Origin: Lachnospiraceae bacterium
Lineage (GTDB): Bacteria > Bacillota > Clostridia > Lachnospirales > Lachnospiraceae
Reading direction: 5' to 3'
Assembly (NCBI GenBank): GCA_900772845.1
Contig: CAAGSD010000064.1
Coordinates: 969-64,968 of the forward strand
Length of the DNA stretch: 64,000 bases
Positions 28,623 to 37,856 of this stretch are shown here, in pieces (position 1 is the first letter of the stretch; each line of letters starts with the position of its first letter). Under the pieces are notes generated by a model. It was given only the letters and a program-made list of their open reading frames with translations. It searched no databases and was not told where the DNA came from. Both the position numbers and the translations under genes were made by a program.

Positions 28623-31508
28623 TTACATTTCATTGGAAACCGCATTATCCAGGGTATCCGCAGTACCGGTGATCAGATCGTCTTCCTCCGCCAGTCCGTA
28701 ATAATACTTGATAATGTCTCTGGTAAACTGTGCCGCATAGTCTGAAGAATATCCGAAAGGAATTCTCGTTGCAATGGCGATCTCCGGATTCTCGTAAGGT
28801 GCATAGCAGATAAACAGCGCATGGTTCGGTCTGGATGCTGTCTGCTCCGCCGTACCTGTCTTACCTGCCGCATTTACTGCAAGATCACTGAAATACGCTT
28901 TATTTTCCACCACCTGCCTCATACCAAGATGGAATGCATTCCAATATTCCTGCGGAAGATCGATCTGGTTTCTTACCTCTGCATGATACTCCTTCAACAG
29001 ATTTCCCTGGGAATCCGTCGTTTTGTCCAACAGTGTCAGATTATAACAGGTTCCACTGTTGGCGATGGTCGTGACATATCTTGCCAGCCCCACCGTGGTA
29101 TAGCTGTTACTGCCCTGTCCGATAGCGGAACGTACCGGGTCCTTAGTAGAGATATCCGGCGCATATTCCCCGATCTCCACTCCGGACTTGTCCGTCAGTC
29201 CATACAGATCCGCATATTTGCTCAGGGTATCCAGACCCGCCTCTTCATTATAGCTTCCACCCCTTGTAGCCAGCTGATAACCGACATTATAGAAGAAGTA
29301 GTTACAGGAATCCTTAATGGCGGATGTCACATTCTCATAACCGTGTCCGGAGATTTTCCAGCATCTGGGAGACGGCGTGATCTCGGTAAATGTACCCACA
29401 CAGTTTACACGGGTCTGGAGATTGATGACATTTTCCAGTAGTCCTGCCGTAGCAGATACAATCTTGAAAGTAGATCCGGGAGCTGCCTTATACTGCGTGG
29501 CAAAATTCAGCTGAGGACTGGACTTGTCCGCATTCAGTTGTGCATAGTATTCCGCATCCACGGTATTTGCCATCTTATTGTTGTCATATCCCGGATAAGA
29601 TACCATAGCCAGCACATCTCCCGTATTGACATCCGTAATGACCACGGAAGCATTACAGGGATCCAGCGCCAGCTGTGCCGGTGTGATCTCCAGATTATTG
29701 ATCCGGTTCATCATAAACTGATAGGCTGACAGTTTTCCGGAATACAGTCCTTCTTCGTCCTCTGCCGGAATATCTACCACCTGCTGTTCACATAAAAGCA
29801 TGCAGATCTGTCTCCCACTGATCTTGTCATTTAAGAGCATATACTTATAAAAACGTTTTTGGAATTCCGTGGTATGTTCAATCATCTCAATGGTATATTC
29901 CAGCAGCTGATCATAAACCTCTGTGGAATCCGAATATTTATCATCCAGATCCAGTTTACTCACATCGACCCAGTTCATGGCAATACAATACTGGAGATAT
30001 TCCTTCAGTGAGATCACTTCATCTTTCGCCCATGCAGTCTGTGTCGCATCGTTGTCATCCACCAGTTCCTTCATGATCACACCTTCTTCTCTGAGAAGGC
30101 TGACAATATTACTCTGATAGACCTGATATTCCTTGGAAAGCCTATTATAAGGAGTTGCGCCCTCTGTGAGTTCGTAAGTCAGTCTGTCATAAACACCCTG
30201 CTTGTATTCCAGATAAGCCGCATAGACTGCTTTTTCCGTCTCCCCGGCATTTTCCGCCTCAAAATGCTTTCTGTCCAGAATGTTATTGTTGATCATGGCA
30301 AAATATACATCATAGATCGGAATCTTAATAGAGGAACTCTTTGCATTTTCCGGCAGATTGAATTCTTTGGCATTGATGATCTTGCTGGCTACCAGACCGG
30401 CAAGCTTCTGCTCCACGATATTATAGACTGCCTCTGTAAGCTCCTTATCAATAGTCAGATACACATCCGCTCCCGGCTGTGCCTCTTTGCGCTCCAGGAT
30501 GGTGATTACCTTACCGGTATTGTCCACCACTACTTTTTCGCTGCCCTTGGTACCCTGCAGTGTAGTCTCCATATACGCTTCCATACCGCTCTTACCTACT
30601 ACATCATTGATAGTATAGGTATCTTCCATGCCGCCTTCCGCCACTACCTGTGCATTTAAATCTGCCAGTTCCTCAGAAGAAATTTTACCGGTATACCCCA
30701 GCACATGTGCAAAATATTTGCTGTCTATGTAGTGGCGCACCGTATCTTCCACAATGGAGACACCGTCCAGCTGATCCGAGTTTTCCATGATCACCGCCAC
30801 CGTCTCCGCACTGACATTGGCAGCCACAGTGGTTCCCACATATTTACGGAAGGATGTCAGATTCATGGCATAGCGGATGGTCACCATCTGCAGCCATTCT
30901 TCTTTGGTGTAGCCCTTTCCCGGTATAAATGGTGTCGTACGATCCTCGGGATCTTCATACTGACCGATGGCAAAGCCCTTGGCACGGCTCAAATACTCCA
31001 TCAGTTCCTGCGCCGTCATGGCTTTTTCATCGTCTCCAAGCTCATCTACCGTCTTATACCCCAGTACATCCGCCTGAAAACGAAGCAGTGCAGTACCGTC
31101 CACAGAATACGCATAATCACCATCTTCATCAATTATGATCTTGAAATCCGTGATCACGCTGTCCCCGTTTTTCTCGATCAGCTTGATCAGACGATACACA
31201 ACATCATTCACTTTTGCATTTTTATTCCGGCTGGACTCAAATACATCCTCGATCTTTACAGAATAAGCCAGTTCGTTTTCTGCCAGTACATTACCGTTTC
31301 TGTCCAGGATCCGTCCTCTGGTACTGGAAATATCCCTGGTCTTCTCAATCTGAAGGATAAAATCATTCAGATATTCTTCGCCGTTTACGATCTGTAAGTT
31401 AAAGCAGCGATAAATCAGAACTCCGGCAAAAAAGACAAACAATATCATAAGTACGGTCAGTCTGCTTGTCACAATATTAATAATGTGATCTTTGATTTCA
31501 CGAAACAA
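28623..31508 (-). CDS. mrdA: penicillin-binding protein 2 (elongasome transpeptidase), unusually long (961 aa)
   Basis: TM anchor, PBP dimerisation region, transpeptidase motifs STFK, SNN-like, KTGT; positioned between mreD and minC; SxxK lies ~690 aa from N-terminus, implying a ~300-aa extra region. Confidence 0.9.
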   Translation of the reverse strand: MFREIKDHIINIVTSRLTVLMILFVFFAGVLIYRCFNLQIVNGEEYLNDFILQIEKTRDISSTRGRILDRNGNVLAENELAYSVKIEDVFESSRNKNAKVNDVVYRLIKLIEKNGDSVITDFKIIIDEDGDYAYSVDGTALLRFQADVLGYKTVDELGDDEKAMTAQELMEYLSRAKGFAIGQYEDPEDRTTPFIPGKGYTKEEWLQMVTIRYAMNLTSFRKYVGTTVAANVSAETVAVIMENSDQLDGVSIVEDTVRHYIDSKYFAHVLGYTGKISSEELADLNAQVVAEGGMEDTYTINDVVGKSGMEAYMETTLQGTKGSEKVVVDNTGKVITILERKEAQPGADVYLTIDKELTEAVYNIVEQKLAGLVASKIINAKEFNLPENAKSSSIKIPIYDVYFAMINNNILDRKHFEAENAGETEKAVYAAYLEYKQGVYDRLTYELTEGATPYNRLSKEYQVYQSNIVSLLREEGVIMKELVDDNDATQTAWAKDEVISLKEYLQYCIAMNWVDVSKLDLDDKYSDSTEVYDQLLEYTIEMIEHTTEFQKRFYKYMLLNDKISGRQICMLLCEQQVVDIPAEDEEGLYSGKLSAYQFMMNRINNLEITPAQLALDPCNASVVITDVNTGDVLAMVSYPGYDNNKMANTVDAEYYAQLNADKSSPQLNFATQYKAAPGSTFKIVSATAGLLENVINLQTRVNCVGTFTEITPSPRCWKISGHGYENVTSAIKDSCNYFFYNVGYQLATRGGSYNEEAGLDTLSKYADLYGLTDKSGVEIGEYAPDISTKDPVRSAIGQGSNSYTTVGLARYVTTIANSGTCYNLTLLDKTTDSQGNLLKEYHAEVRNQIDLPQEYWNAFHLGMRQVVENKAYFSDLAVNAAGKTGTAEQTASRPNHALFICYAPYENPEIAIATRIPFGYSSDYAAQFTRDIIKYYYGLAEEDDLITGTADTLDNAVSNEM

Positions 31509-32037
31509 ATTTCTGTGCGCTCCTTTTTTCCTTCTCCTCCAGCCTCTGATTGATTTTCAGGATCAGAGGATACAAAATAATCGTAACAACAATGGTGTAA
31601 AGTGCCTCCGGAAGGATCACTCTTGTAAAATAGTACGGGAAATGAAAACGCCCTCTCAAAAGAAACATCAGAATATAGCAAATCAAGCCATAAGAAATAT
31701 CACTCACTATGATCAGTGCCAATGGCAGTTTGATATCCTCCGGATAAAAAATCCTACAGAACTTTCCGTTCAGGAATCCTATGTACATCATTATCATGGC
31801 ATAAAATCCAAGGAAACTTCCAAAAAAGATATCACATAGAAGTCCACAGGAAAATCCGATCAAAAGCCCCTCTTTTTCACCTCTCATAAATCCGAAAGAA
31901 GAAGTCAGAATGATCATCAGATTGGGAATAATGCCGCCCAATGCCAGACTGTTAAATACGCTGCACTGCAGTATAAAAAAGAGGAGGATCAATACTACAA
32001 CCACAATTTTACGAAGGAAGCTGCTGTTATTCTCCAT
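31498..32037 (-). CDS. mreD: rod shape-determining protein MreD
   Basis: small polytopic membrane protein after mreC. Confidence 0.8.
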   Translation of the reverse strand: MENNSSFLRKIVVVVLILLFFILQCSVFNSLALGGIIPNLMIILTSSFGFMRGEKEGLLIGFSCGLLCDIFFGSFLGFYAMIMMYIGFLNGKFCRIFYPEDIKLPLALIIVSDISYGLICYILMFLLRGRFHFPYYFTRVILPEALYTIVVTIILYPLILKINQRLEEKEKRSAQKFVS

Positions 32038-32917
32038 CTGTACCTCCTCCGTCCGGTACCTGTTGTTTTTTATCTGTGATCACAAGCACTTCACTGAGAT
32101 GTTCAAAATCCACTACAGGTGTCAGATAACCCGATTTTGTCAGATTATTGGCATCCTTGTTGATGGTGCTGATATAGCCGATCAGAATATTGGGAAGATA
32201 CTTGTCACTGATATCTGAGGTTACCACTTTGTCGCCTTCAGCCACAGCATCCTGGCTGTCCACCAGTTTGCTGAAAGGAATGACCCCCTGTGCCATCAGC
32301 TGCAGATCTCCGGATACGATCAGATTGTCTCCCGTGGCAAGCGTCATACCGCTGACATTGGAATTGTCGGAAATAATAGAAGTCACCCGGGACCAGTTCG
32401 GTCCCACGGATGTAATGCGTCCTACGAGGCCGCCTCCGGCGATCACATTCATATCATCCGCCAGACCGTCATTGGAACCTTTGTCAATAACGAAGGAAGA
32501 ATACCAGTTGCCGGAATCTCTGCTGATGATACGGGCACCGATCTTGTTATAATCTCCGTATTCTTCATCCAGTTCCAGAAGTCCCCGCAGCTCATTCAGT
32601 TCATATTTGTCCTGCTGAAGCAGGGTATTTTCTTCCGTCAGAGATGCTACCTGCTCCTTCAGGGCACTGTTTTCCGCCAGGAGCGCACGGATCTGTACCA
32701 GTTCATCCGAGCGATTGGACAGCCATTCTCCTGCTTTTGCAATCCCCTGTTCAAAAGGGACGATCACATAACCGACCACCCGGTTAAAGGGACGGTTAAA
32801 TACATTGGTTCCAAACGTCACCAGCATCATAATGGTACATAGAATTGTTAAAATAAAAAGGAGATATTTACCCGGCAAAGTAAATCTCTCCCCTTTTCTT
32901 TTTACGACTGGGCTCAT
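32027..32917 (-). CDS. mreC: rod shape-determining protein MreC
   Basis: N-terminal TM, coiled coil (LKEQVASLTEENTLLQQ), beta-rich C-terminal domain. Confidence 0.85.
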   Translation of the reverse strand: MSPVVKRKGERFTLPGKYLLFILTILCTIMMLVTFGTNVFNRPFNRVVGYVIVPFEQGIAKAGEWLSNRSDELVQIRALLAENSALKEQVASLTEENTLLQQDKYELNELRGLLELDEEYGDYNKIGARIISRDSGNWYSSFVIDKGSNDGLADDMNVIAGGGLVGRITSVGPNWSRVTSIISDNSNVSGMTLATGDNLIVSGDLQLMAQGVIPFSKLVDSQDAVAEGDKVVTSDISDKYLPNILIGYISTINKDANNLTKSGYLTPVVDFEHLSEVLVITDKKQQVPDGGGTDGE

Positions 32918-33924
32918 TTACTCATCCCTTCAATTGCGTAAGCTACCGTTTTATAGTTCTCGTCTTTAATGATCTTGGCAAGACCTGTTGCCACACTGGT
33001 TAACGGATTTTCAGCCACATTCACATGCAATCCGGTACCTGCGGCAAGTCTTTCCGCCAGATGACTTACCTGGGAAGCACCGCCGGTCAGATAAATACCA
33101 TGACGATAAATATCCGCTGCAAGCTCGGGCGGAGTTCTCTCCAGGATTACTTTTACATTGTCAATAATCGTATTAAAGTGCTCTTCCAGGGACTCGTCCA
33201 CCATCTTTGTAGGGATCTCACGTTCTACGGGAAGTCCTGTCACAATGTCTCTGCCGTAGACAATGGCACCTTTTCCCTCTTCTTCTAATTCTTTCAGGGA
33301 AATTTTAACGTTTTCCGCCGTTTTTCCTCCGATGATCAGAGAGAACTCTCTTCTGACTGCTGCACGGATGGCATCATCAAACTTCATGCCACCTACTTTG
33401 ATCAGTCTGCTGAGGACAATGCCGCCCAGAGACAGAATCGAAATCTCCGTGGTTTCATAGCCAACATTGACTACCAATACACCCTGTGAATTTTTGACAT
33501 CAATATCCAGCCCCAGACCATCCGCTACGGCCTTTTCCACGACCATGATCTTCTTGGCTTTTACATTTGCCCCTTTGATCAGATCGTAAAATGCTCTTTT
33601 TTCAACCTCGGTGACATCTGTGGGAACCGCAATGAAGAAATCAGAAGGCTTCGTATTTCCCTTCTGAAGATCTCCGATAAAATACTTTACCAGTGTCTCC
33701 ATATTTTTAATATCCGCAATGACACCGTTGGAAAGCGGATAAGAAATATGAATATTGCCGGGCGCTTTCTCATACATTTCAAATGCAGAGTTTCCATACG
33801 CAAATAAAGTATTTTTATTCTCGATGGCAATCATATTTTTCTCAATCATAATGTTGTCATCATTGCGATTATAGATTTTAATGTTGTTGGTACCAAGATC
33901 AATACCGAATGCATTGTTTGCCAC
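32914..33924 (-). CDS. mreB: rod shape-determining protein MreB (actin-like ATPase)
   Basis: GIDLGTNNIKIY phosphate-1 motif and conserved actin fold. Confidence 0.95.
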   Translation of the reverse strand: MANNAFGIDLGTNNIKIYNRNDDNIMIEKNMIAIENKNTLFAYGNSAFEMYEKAPGNIHISYPLSNGVIADIKNMETLVKYFIGDLQKGNTKPSDFFIAVPTDVTEVEKRAFYDLIKGANVKAKKIMVVEKAVADGLGLDIDVKNSQGVLVVNVGYETTEISILSLGGIVLSRLIKVGGMKFDDAIRAAVRREFSLIIGGKTAENVKISLKELEEEGKGAIVYGRDIVTGLPVEREIPTKMVDESLEEHFNTIIDNVKVILERTPPELAADIYRHGIYLTGGASQVSHLAERLAAGTGLHVNVAENPLTSVATGLAKIIKDENYKTVAYAIEGMSK

Positions 33925-33940
33925 TGTCGTTGTCCCTTTC

Positions 33941-34639
33941 TTATATCAATAATTTTTGCTCTTTGAAACTAGTATACCTGTTATCCCCGATAATAATGTG
34001 GTCCAGCAGCGGAATATCCATCTGATCTCCCACTGCTGCAACATTCGCTGTCAGTTTCCTGTCAGCACCGCTGGGTGTCGGATCTCCGCTTGGGTGATTG
34101 TGTACCAGAATAATGTTTACCGCTTTGTCTTTTAACGCTTCCAGAAAGACCTCTCTGGGAGAGATCAATGCCATGTTGACGCAGCCGTCTGAAAGCTTCT
34201 TTTCACGGATCAGCTGACCCTTAGCATCCAGACAGAGCAGATACACACACTCCGTATCCTTATGTCTGAGCTTCTCCATAAAATAATCCGCCACCATGTC
34301 TGCTCTGCTGAAACAGATACCGGTACTTGCCCTGGCACGGCTCATCCGTTTGGATAACTCGGCGATACTTTTTAATTTCACAGCCTTGACCATACCGATC
34401 CCCCTGATCTGCATCAGTTCTTCGATACTTACATCATGCAGTCCCAGGATTCCTTCTCTCGGGTACTTTGCCAATGCCAGTACTTTTTCGGCAAGTTCTA
34501 CTGCAGAGGCATCTTGGGTGCCTGTTCTTAAAATAATCGCAAGCAATTCCGCTTCCGTAAGATTTTCTGCACCGAAATGCAAAAATCTCTCATAAGGTAA
34601 TCCGGGATCTTGATTCAGTTGTACATTCTTATCAGGCAT
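33941..34639 (-). CDS. radC: RadC-family JAB/MPN domain protein (UPF0758)
   Basis: HhH N-terminal region, JAMM motif HNHPSGDPTPSGAD. Confidence 0.85.
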   Translation of the reverse strand: MPDKNVQLNQDPGLPYERFLHFGAENLTEAELLAIILRTGTQDASAVELAEKVLALAKYPREGILGLHDVSIEELMQIRGIGMVKAVKLKSIAELSKRMSRARASTGICFSRADMVADYFMEKLRHKDTECVYLLCLDAKGQLIREKKLSDGCVNMALISPREVFLEALKDKAVNIILVHNHPSGDPTPSGADRKLTANVAAVGDQMDIPLLDHIIIGDNRYTSFKEQKLLI

Positions 34640-34672
34640 AAGTCTCCTTCTGCCTTCTCCGACGTATGCTGC

Positions 34673-34912
34673 CTAACGGATAAAACGGTATACCACAAAA
34701 GCAATGACCACACCGATCACACTTGCGATCGTGATGTTGAATTCCAGTCCAAATGTCAGAATAATAAAACCAAGGTTCAGTTCCACCGGACTGCTGAGTC
34801 CGAAATTCTGTCCATAGTTCAGAAAGGTACCATCAAAATAAGTCCCTATAAATCTGCCGATAACAAAACCGATCAGCACAAGGACGATCAAAACCCAATT
34901 AATTCTCTTCAA
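34673..34912 (-). CDS. DUF4321-type small membrane protein
   Basis: 79 aa, two TM helices, conserved position upstream of radC/mreB in Firmicutes. Confidence 0.6.
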   Translation of the reverse strand: MKRINWVLIVLVLIGFVIGRFIGTYFDGTFLNYGQNFGLSSPVELNLGFIILTFGLEFNITIASVIGVVIAFVVYRFIR

Positions 34913-35082
34913 GGTGTTTCCTCTTCTTTCTTTTGTGTACTTTTCTGCGGCAGAACAGCTCTCCCCGAGAAAGTCTGTCTCCCATACGTCTTTTTATACT
35001 ATCACAAAATGCTTCTTCTGTACACAAATTTAGTAGATTTTATTTTGCGCTTTTTCTACAGGATTTTAATTTTTGGAACAAA

Positions 35083-36399
35083 TTACATTGCCTTTCGGAT
35101 CTGATCCTCGGTAACTATTCCCTTCTGTACCAGTGCCTGCAGGGATTTCAGAATACCGAATTTCGCATGCTGCCAGGTCAGTCCTCCCTGAAAATATACG
35201 GCATAGGGAGGCTTGATAGGACCATCCGCAGACAGTTCAATGGAGGATCCGGATACGAATGCCCCTGCCGCCATGATAACCTGTGCATCATATCCCGGCA
35301 TATCCCAGGGTTCCGGTGTCACATGGCTGTCTACCGGAGCCGCTGCCTGAATTCCCTGGCAGAAGCCGATGACGCCTTCCGGCTGTCCAAACGTTACCGC
35401 CTGGATAATATCATGTCTGCTCTCCGTACCGTTCGGTACTACCGCAAAACCTAATTTTTCATAGACATTAGCTGCAAAGATCGCTCCCTTTAATGCACCC
35501 GCCGTCACGGTAGGTGCCAGGAAAAATCCCTGATAAAAATCTTTCAGAATACCAAGAGACGCTCCGACTTCCTTGCCAAGTCCCGGAGAAGTCAGACGGT
35601 ATGCTGCATTTTCCACGCATTCCTTTTTTCCAGCGATATAACCACCAATGGGTGCCAGTCCACCGCCGGGGTTCTTGATCAGGGATCCCACGATCATATC
35701 CGCCCCGACATCAGAAGGTTCTATAGTCTCCACAAATTCTCCGTAACAGTTATCCACCATGCAGATCACATCCTGCTTGATGCCTTTGATAAAGGCGATC
35801 AGTTCCCCGATCCGATGTACGGAAAGGGTGGGTCTGGTCTGATAGCCCTTGGAACGCTGAATCGTTACCAGATGGGTTTTTTCGTTAATATTCTCCCGTA
35901 TTTTATCGTAATCAAAGCTTCCGTCCGGCAGCAGGTCTACCTGGCGATAAGTTACACCGTATTCTGCAAGAGACCCTTTGGAAGGGCGGATGCCAATGAC
36001 TTCTTCCAAAGTATCATAAGGCTTGCCTACGGGGGACAACAGTTCGTCTCCGGGTCTTAAGTTGCTCATCAGAGCCAGTGCCAGTGCATGGGTACCGCAG
36101 GTGATCTGGGGACGCACCAGGGCATCCTCTGTGTGGAACGTTGCCGCATAGACCGCCTCTAAAGTATCTCTGCCAAGATCATTATAACCATAGCCGGTAG
36201 TACCCAGCAGGCAGGCTTCACTTACCTGATGCTGTTGCATGGCTTTTACCACCTTTAACTGATTATACTCCGCATTCCGGTCCACCTCGTCAAAACGCTC
36301 CCGCAGACTTTTCTCTATGGCACATCCATAGTCATATACCGTCTTACTGATCCCCATGGAAAGATACATTTCTTCATTACTGTTATTGCTGTTTTTCAT
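35083..36399 (-). CDS. methionine gamma-lyase/aluminium-resistance family PLP-dependent enzyme (Met_gamma_lyase, PF06838-like)
   Basis: Cys/Met-metabolism PLP fold, SLIKNPGGGLAPIGGYIAG lysine region; downstream of miaA. Confidence 0.75.
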   Translation of the reverse strand: MKNSNNSNEEMYLSMGISKTVYDYGCAIEKSLRERFDEVDRNAEYNQLKVVKAMQQHQVSEACLLGTTGYGYNDLGRDTLEAVYAATFHTEDALVRPQITCGTHALALALMSNLRPGDELLSPVGKPYDTLEEVIGIRPSKGSLAEYGVTYRQVDLLPDGSFDYDKIRENINEKTHLVTIQRSKGYQTRPTLSVHRIGELIAFIKGIKQDVICMVDNCYGEFVETIEPSDVGADMIVGSLIKNPGGGLAPIGGYIAGKKECVENAAYRLTSPGLGKEVGASLGILKDFYQGFFLAPTVTAGALKGAIFAANVYEKLGFAVVPNGTESRHDIIQAVTFGQPEGVIGFCQGIQAAAPVDSHVTPEPWDMPGYDAQVIMAAGAFVSGSSIELSADGPIKPPYAVYFQGGLTWQHAKFGILKSLQALVQKGIVTEDQIRKAM

Positions 36400-37357
36400 A
36401 GATCCCTTTTTCTCCTAATTCCTTTAACATATATTCTAAAATTTTCTCTTCGTCATAGTCAAATTGCTGTTTATCCAGCCAGGTAACTTCTTTTTCCCTG
36501 CGGAACCAGGTCAGCTGTCTCTTGGCAAAATGCCTGGTGTCCCGTTTCAGAGTATACACTGCCTCCTCCAGACTGCACTCACCGTCCAGATATTCCAGAA
36601 TTTCTTTGTAGCCCAGTCCCTGCATGGATACCATTCCTCTGTGACAACCCATTTTTTCCAGGCTTCTGACTTCCTCCACCAGTCCTTCCGACAGCATTTC
36701 ATCAATGCGGCTTTCGATCCGCTCATAGAGTTTTTCCCGGTCGTCTGTCAGGACAAAATAGCTGAAATTGTATGGGCTCGTGCGCTCTTTTTCCCGTTCA
36801 TTATGCGCAGAGATGGGTTCCCCGGTCAGTTCATAATATTCCAGTGCACGGATGGTTCGCTTGATATTATTGGCATGGATATTTTCTGCAGATACCGGAT
36901 CGACCTTTGCAAGCATCTCATGTAATACTTCCGGTCCTTTTTCTTCCGCAAGCTGTTCCAATTTTTCCCGATATTCGGTATTCTCTTCGTTTTCTGTAAA
37001 ATCAATTCCACGAAGCACCGCCTGAATATAGAACCCGGTGCCTCCTACCAGGATTGGGATATGCCCTCTGTCATAGATCTGTTCCATGCATTCCAGACAT
37101 CGTTTTTGGAACACCACCACATTAAATTCTTCCCATGGCTCCAATATATCGATCAGATGATGGGGCACTCCCTGCATTTCCTCCGGGCGGATCTTGGCGG
37201 AACCGATATCCATATGTTTATATACCTGCATGGAATCGGCTGACAGGATCTCCCCTCCTATAGCTTTCGCCAGGGCAATGGACAATTTCGTCTTGCCAGC
37301 TGCGGTAGGTCCGGTCAGTACGACCAACGGTCTTTTTATAGATTGTGTTACCGACAT
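36383..37357 (-). CDS. miaA: tRNA dimethylallyltransferase
   Basis: P-loop GPTAAGKT, conserved SADSMQVYKHMDIGSAK. Confidence 0.95.
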   Translation of the reverse strand: MSVTQSIKRPLVVLTGPTAAGKTKLSIALAKAIGGEILSADSMQVYKHMDIGSAKIRPEEMQGVPHHLIDILEPWEEFNVVVFQKRCLECMEQIYDRGHIPILVGGTGFYIQAVLRGIDFTENEENTEYREKLEQLAEEKGPEVLHEMLAKVDPVSAENIHANNIKRTIRALEYYELTGEPISAHNEREKERTSPYNFSYFVLTDDREKLYERIESRIDEMLSEGLVEEVRSLEKMGCHRGMVSMQGLGYKEILEYLDGECSLEEAVYTLKRDTRHFAKRQLTWFRREKEVTWLDKQQFDYDEEKILEYMLKELGEKGIYEKQQ

Positions 37358-37376
37358 AATTCTTCTTCCTTACACA

Positions 37377-37856
37377 TTATCCATTATTATTCTGGGTGCA
37401 GTTTGCCGCATCAATGGCGATGACTAACATCAACCCTTCCAGTTCGTCCTTGGGATCAGCAAAGTTAATCGTATAGGTATCTCCCCAACGGAACAGTTCC
37501 TTCGAGATATGAATGATACTGCTGCATCCGCTGTACACATCGTAATCCCAACCCGGAAAATCTCCTTCCACGCGCCAGCCGTTGTAATCGATCTCGTATC
37601 TGGGCTTGAAAAAAGAAAACTGTTTGCGGATCTCGCCCCTGACCCGACCGCCGATCTCGATTTCAAATGCCGGAAGCAGGGTAAACAGCCGCTGTCTGAT
37701 CACTCCCAGTTCATGATCATTTCTGTCGTATACATGTAACTGGTGTCCCAGGGAGAAAAATTCCGCCTTTACAAAATATTTTGCATTTTCGTTCTCATCA
37801 TAGACATCATAAGAATCTGTCCAGGAAAACACTCGTTGTTTGATCAGTAAACGCAT
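37377..37856 (-). CDS. LURP-one-related / Tubby C-terminal-like (YxjI-family) protein
   Basis: 159 aa with repeated beta-strand pattern (FEIEIGGR..., YEIDYNGWRVEGDF) typical of DUF567/LOR family. Confidence 0.6.
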   Translation of the reverse strand: MRLLIKQRVFSWTDSYDVYDENENAKYFVKAEFFSLGHQLHVYDRNDHELGVIRQRLFTLLPAFEIEIGGRVRGEIRKQFSFFKPRYEIDYNGWRVEGDFPGWDYDVYSGCSSIIHISKELFRWGDTYTINFADPKDELEGLMLVIAIDAANCTQNNNG

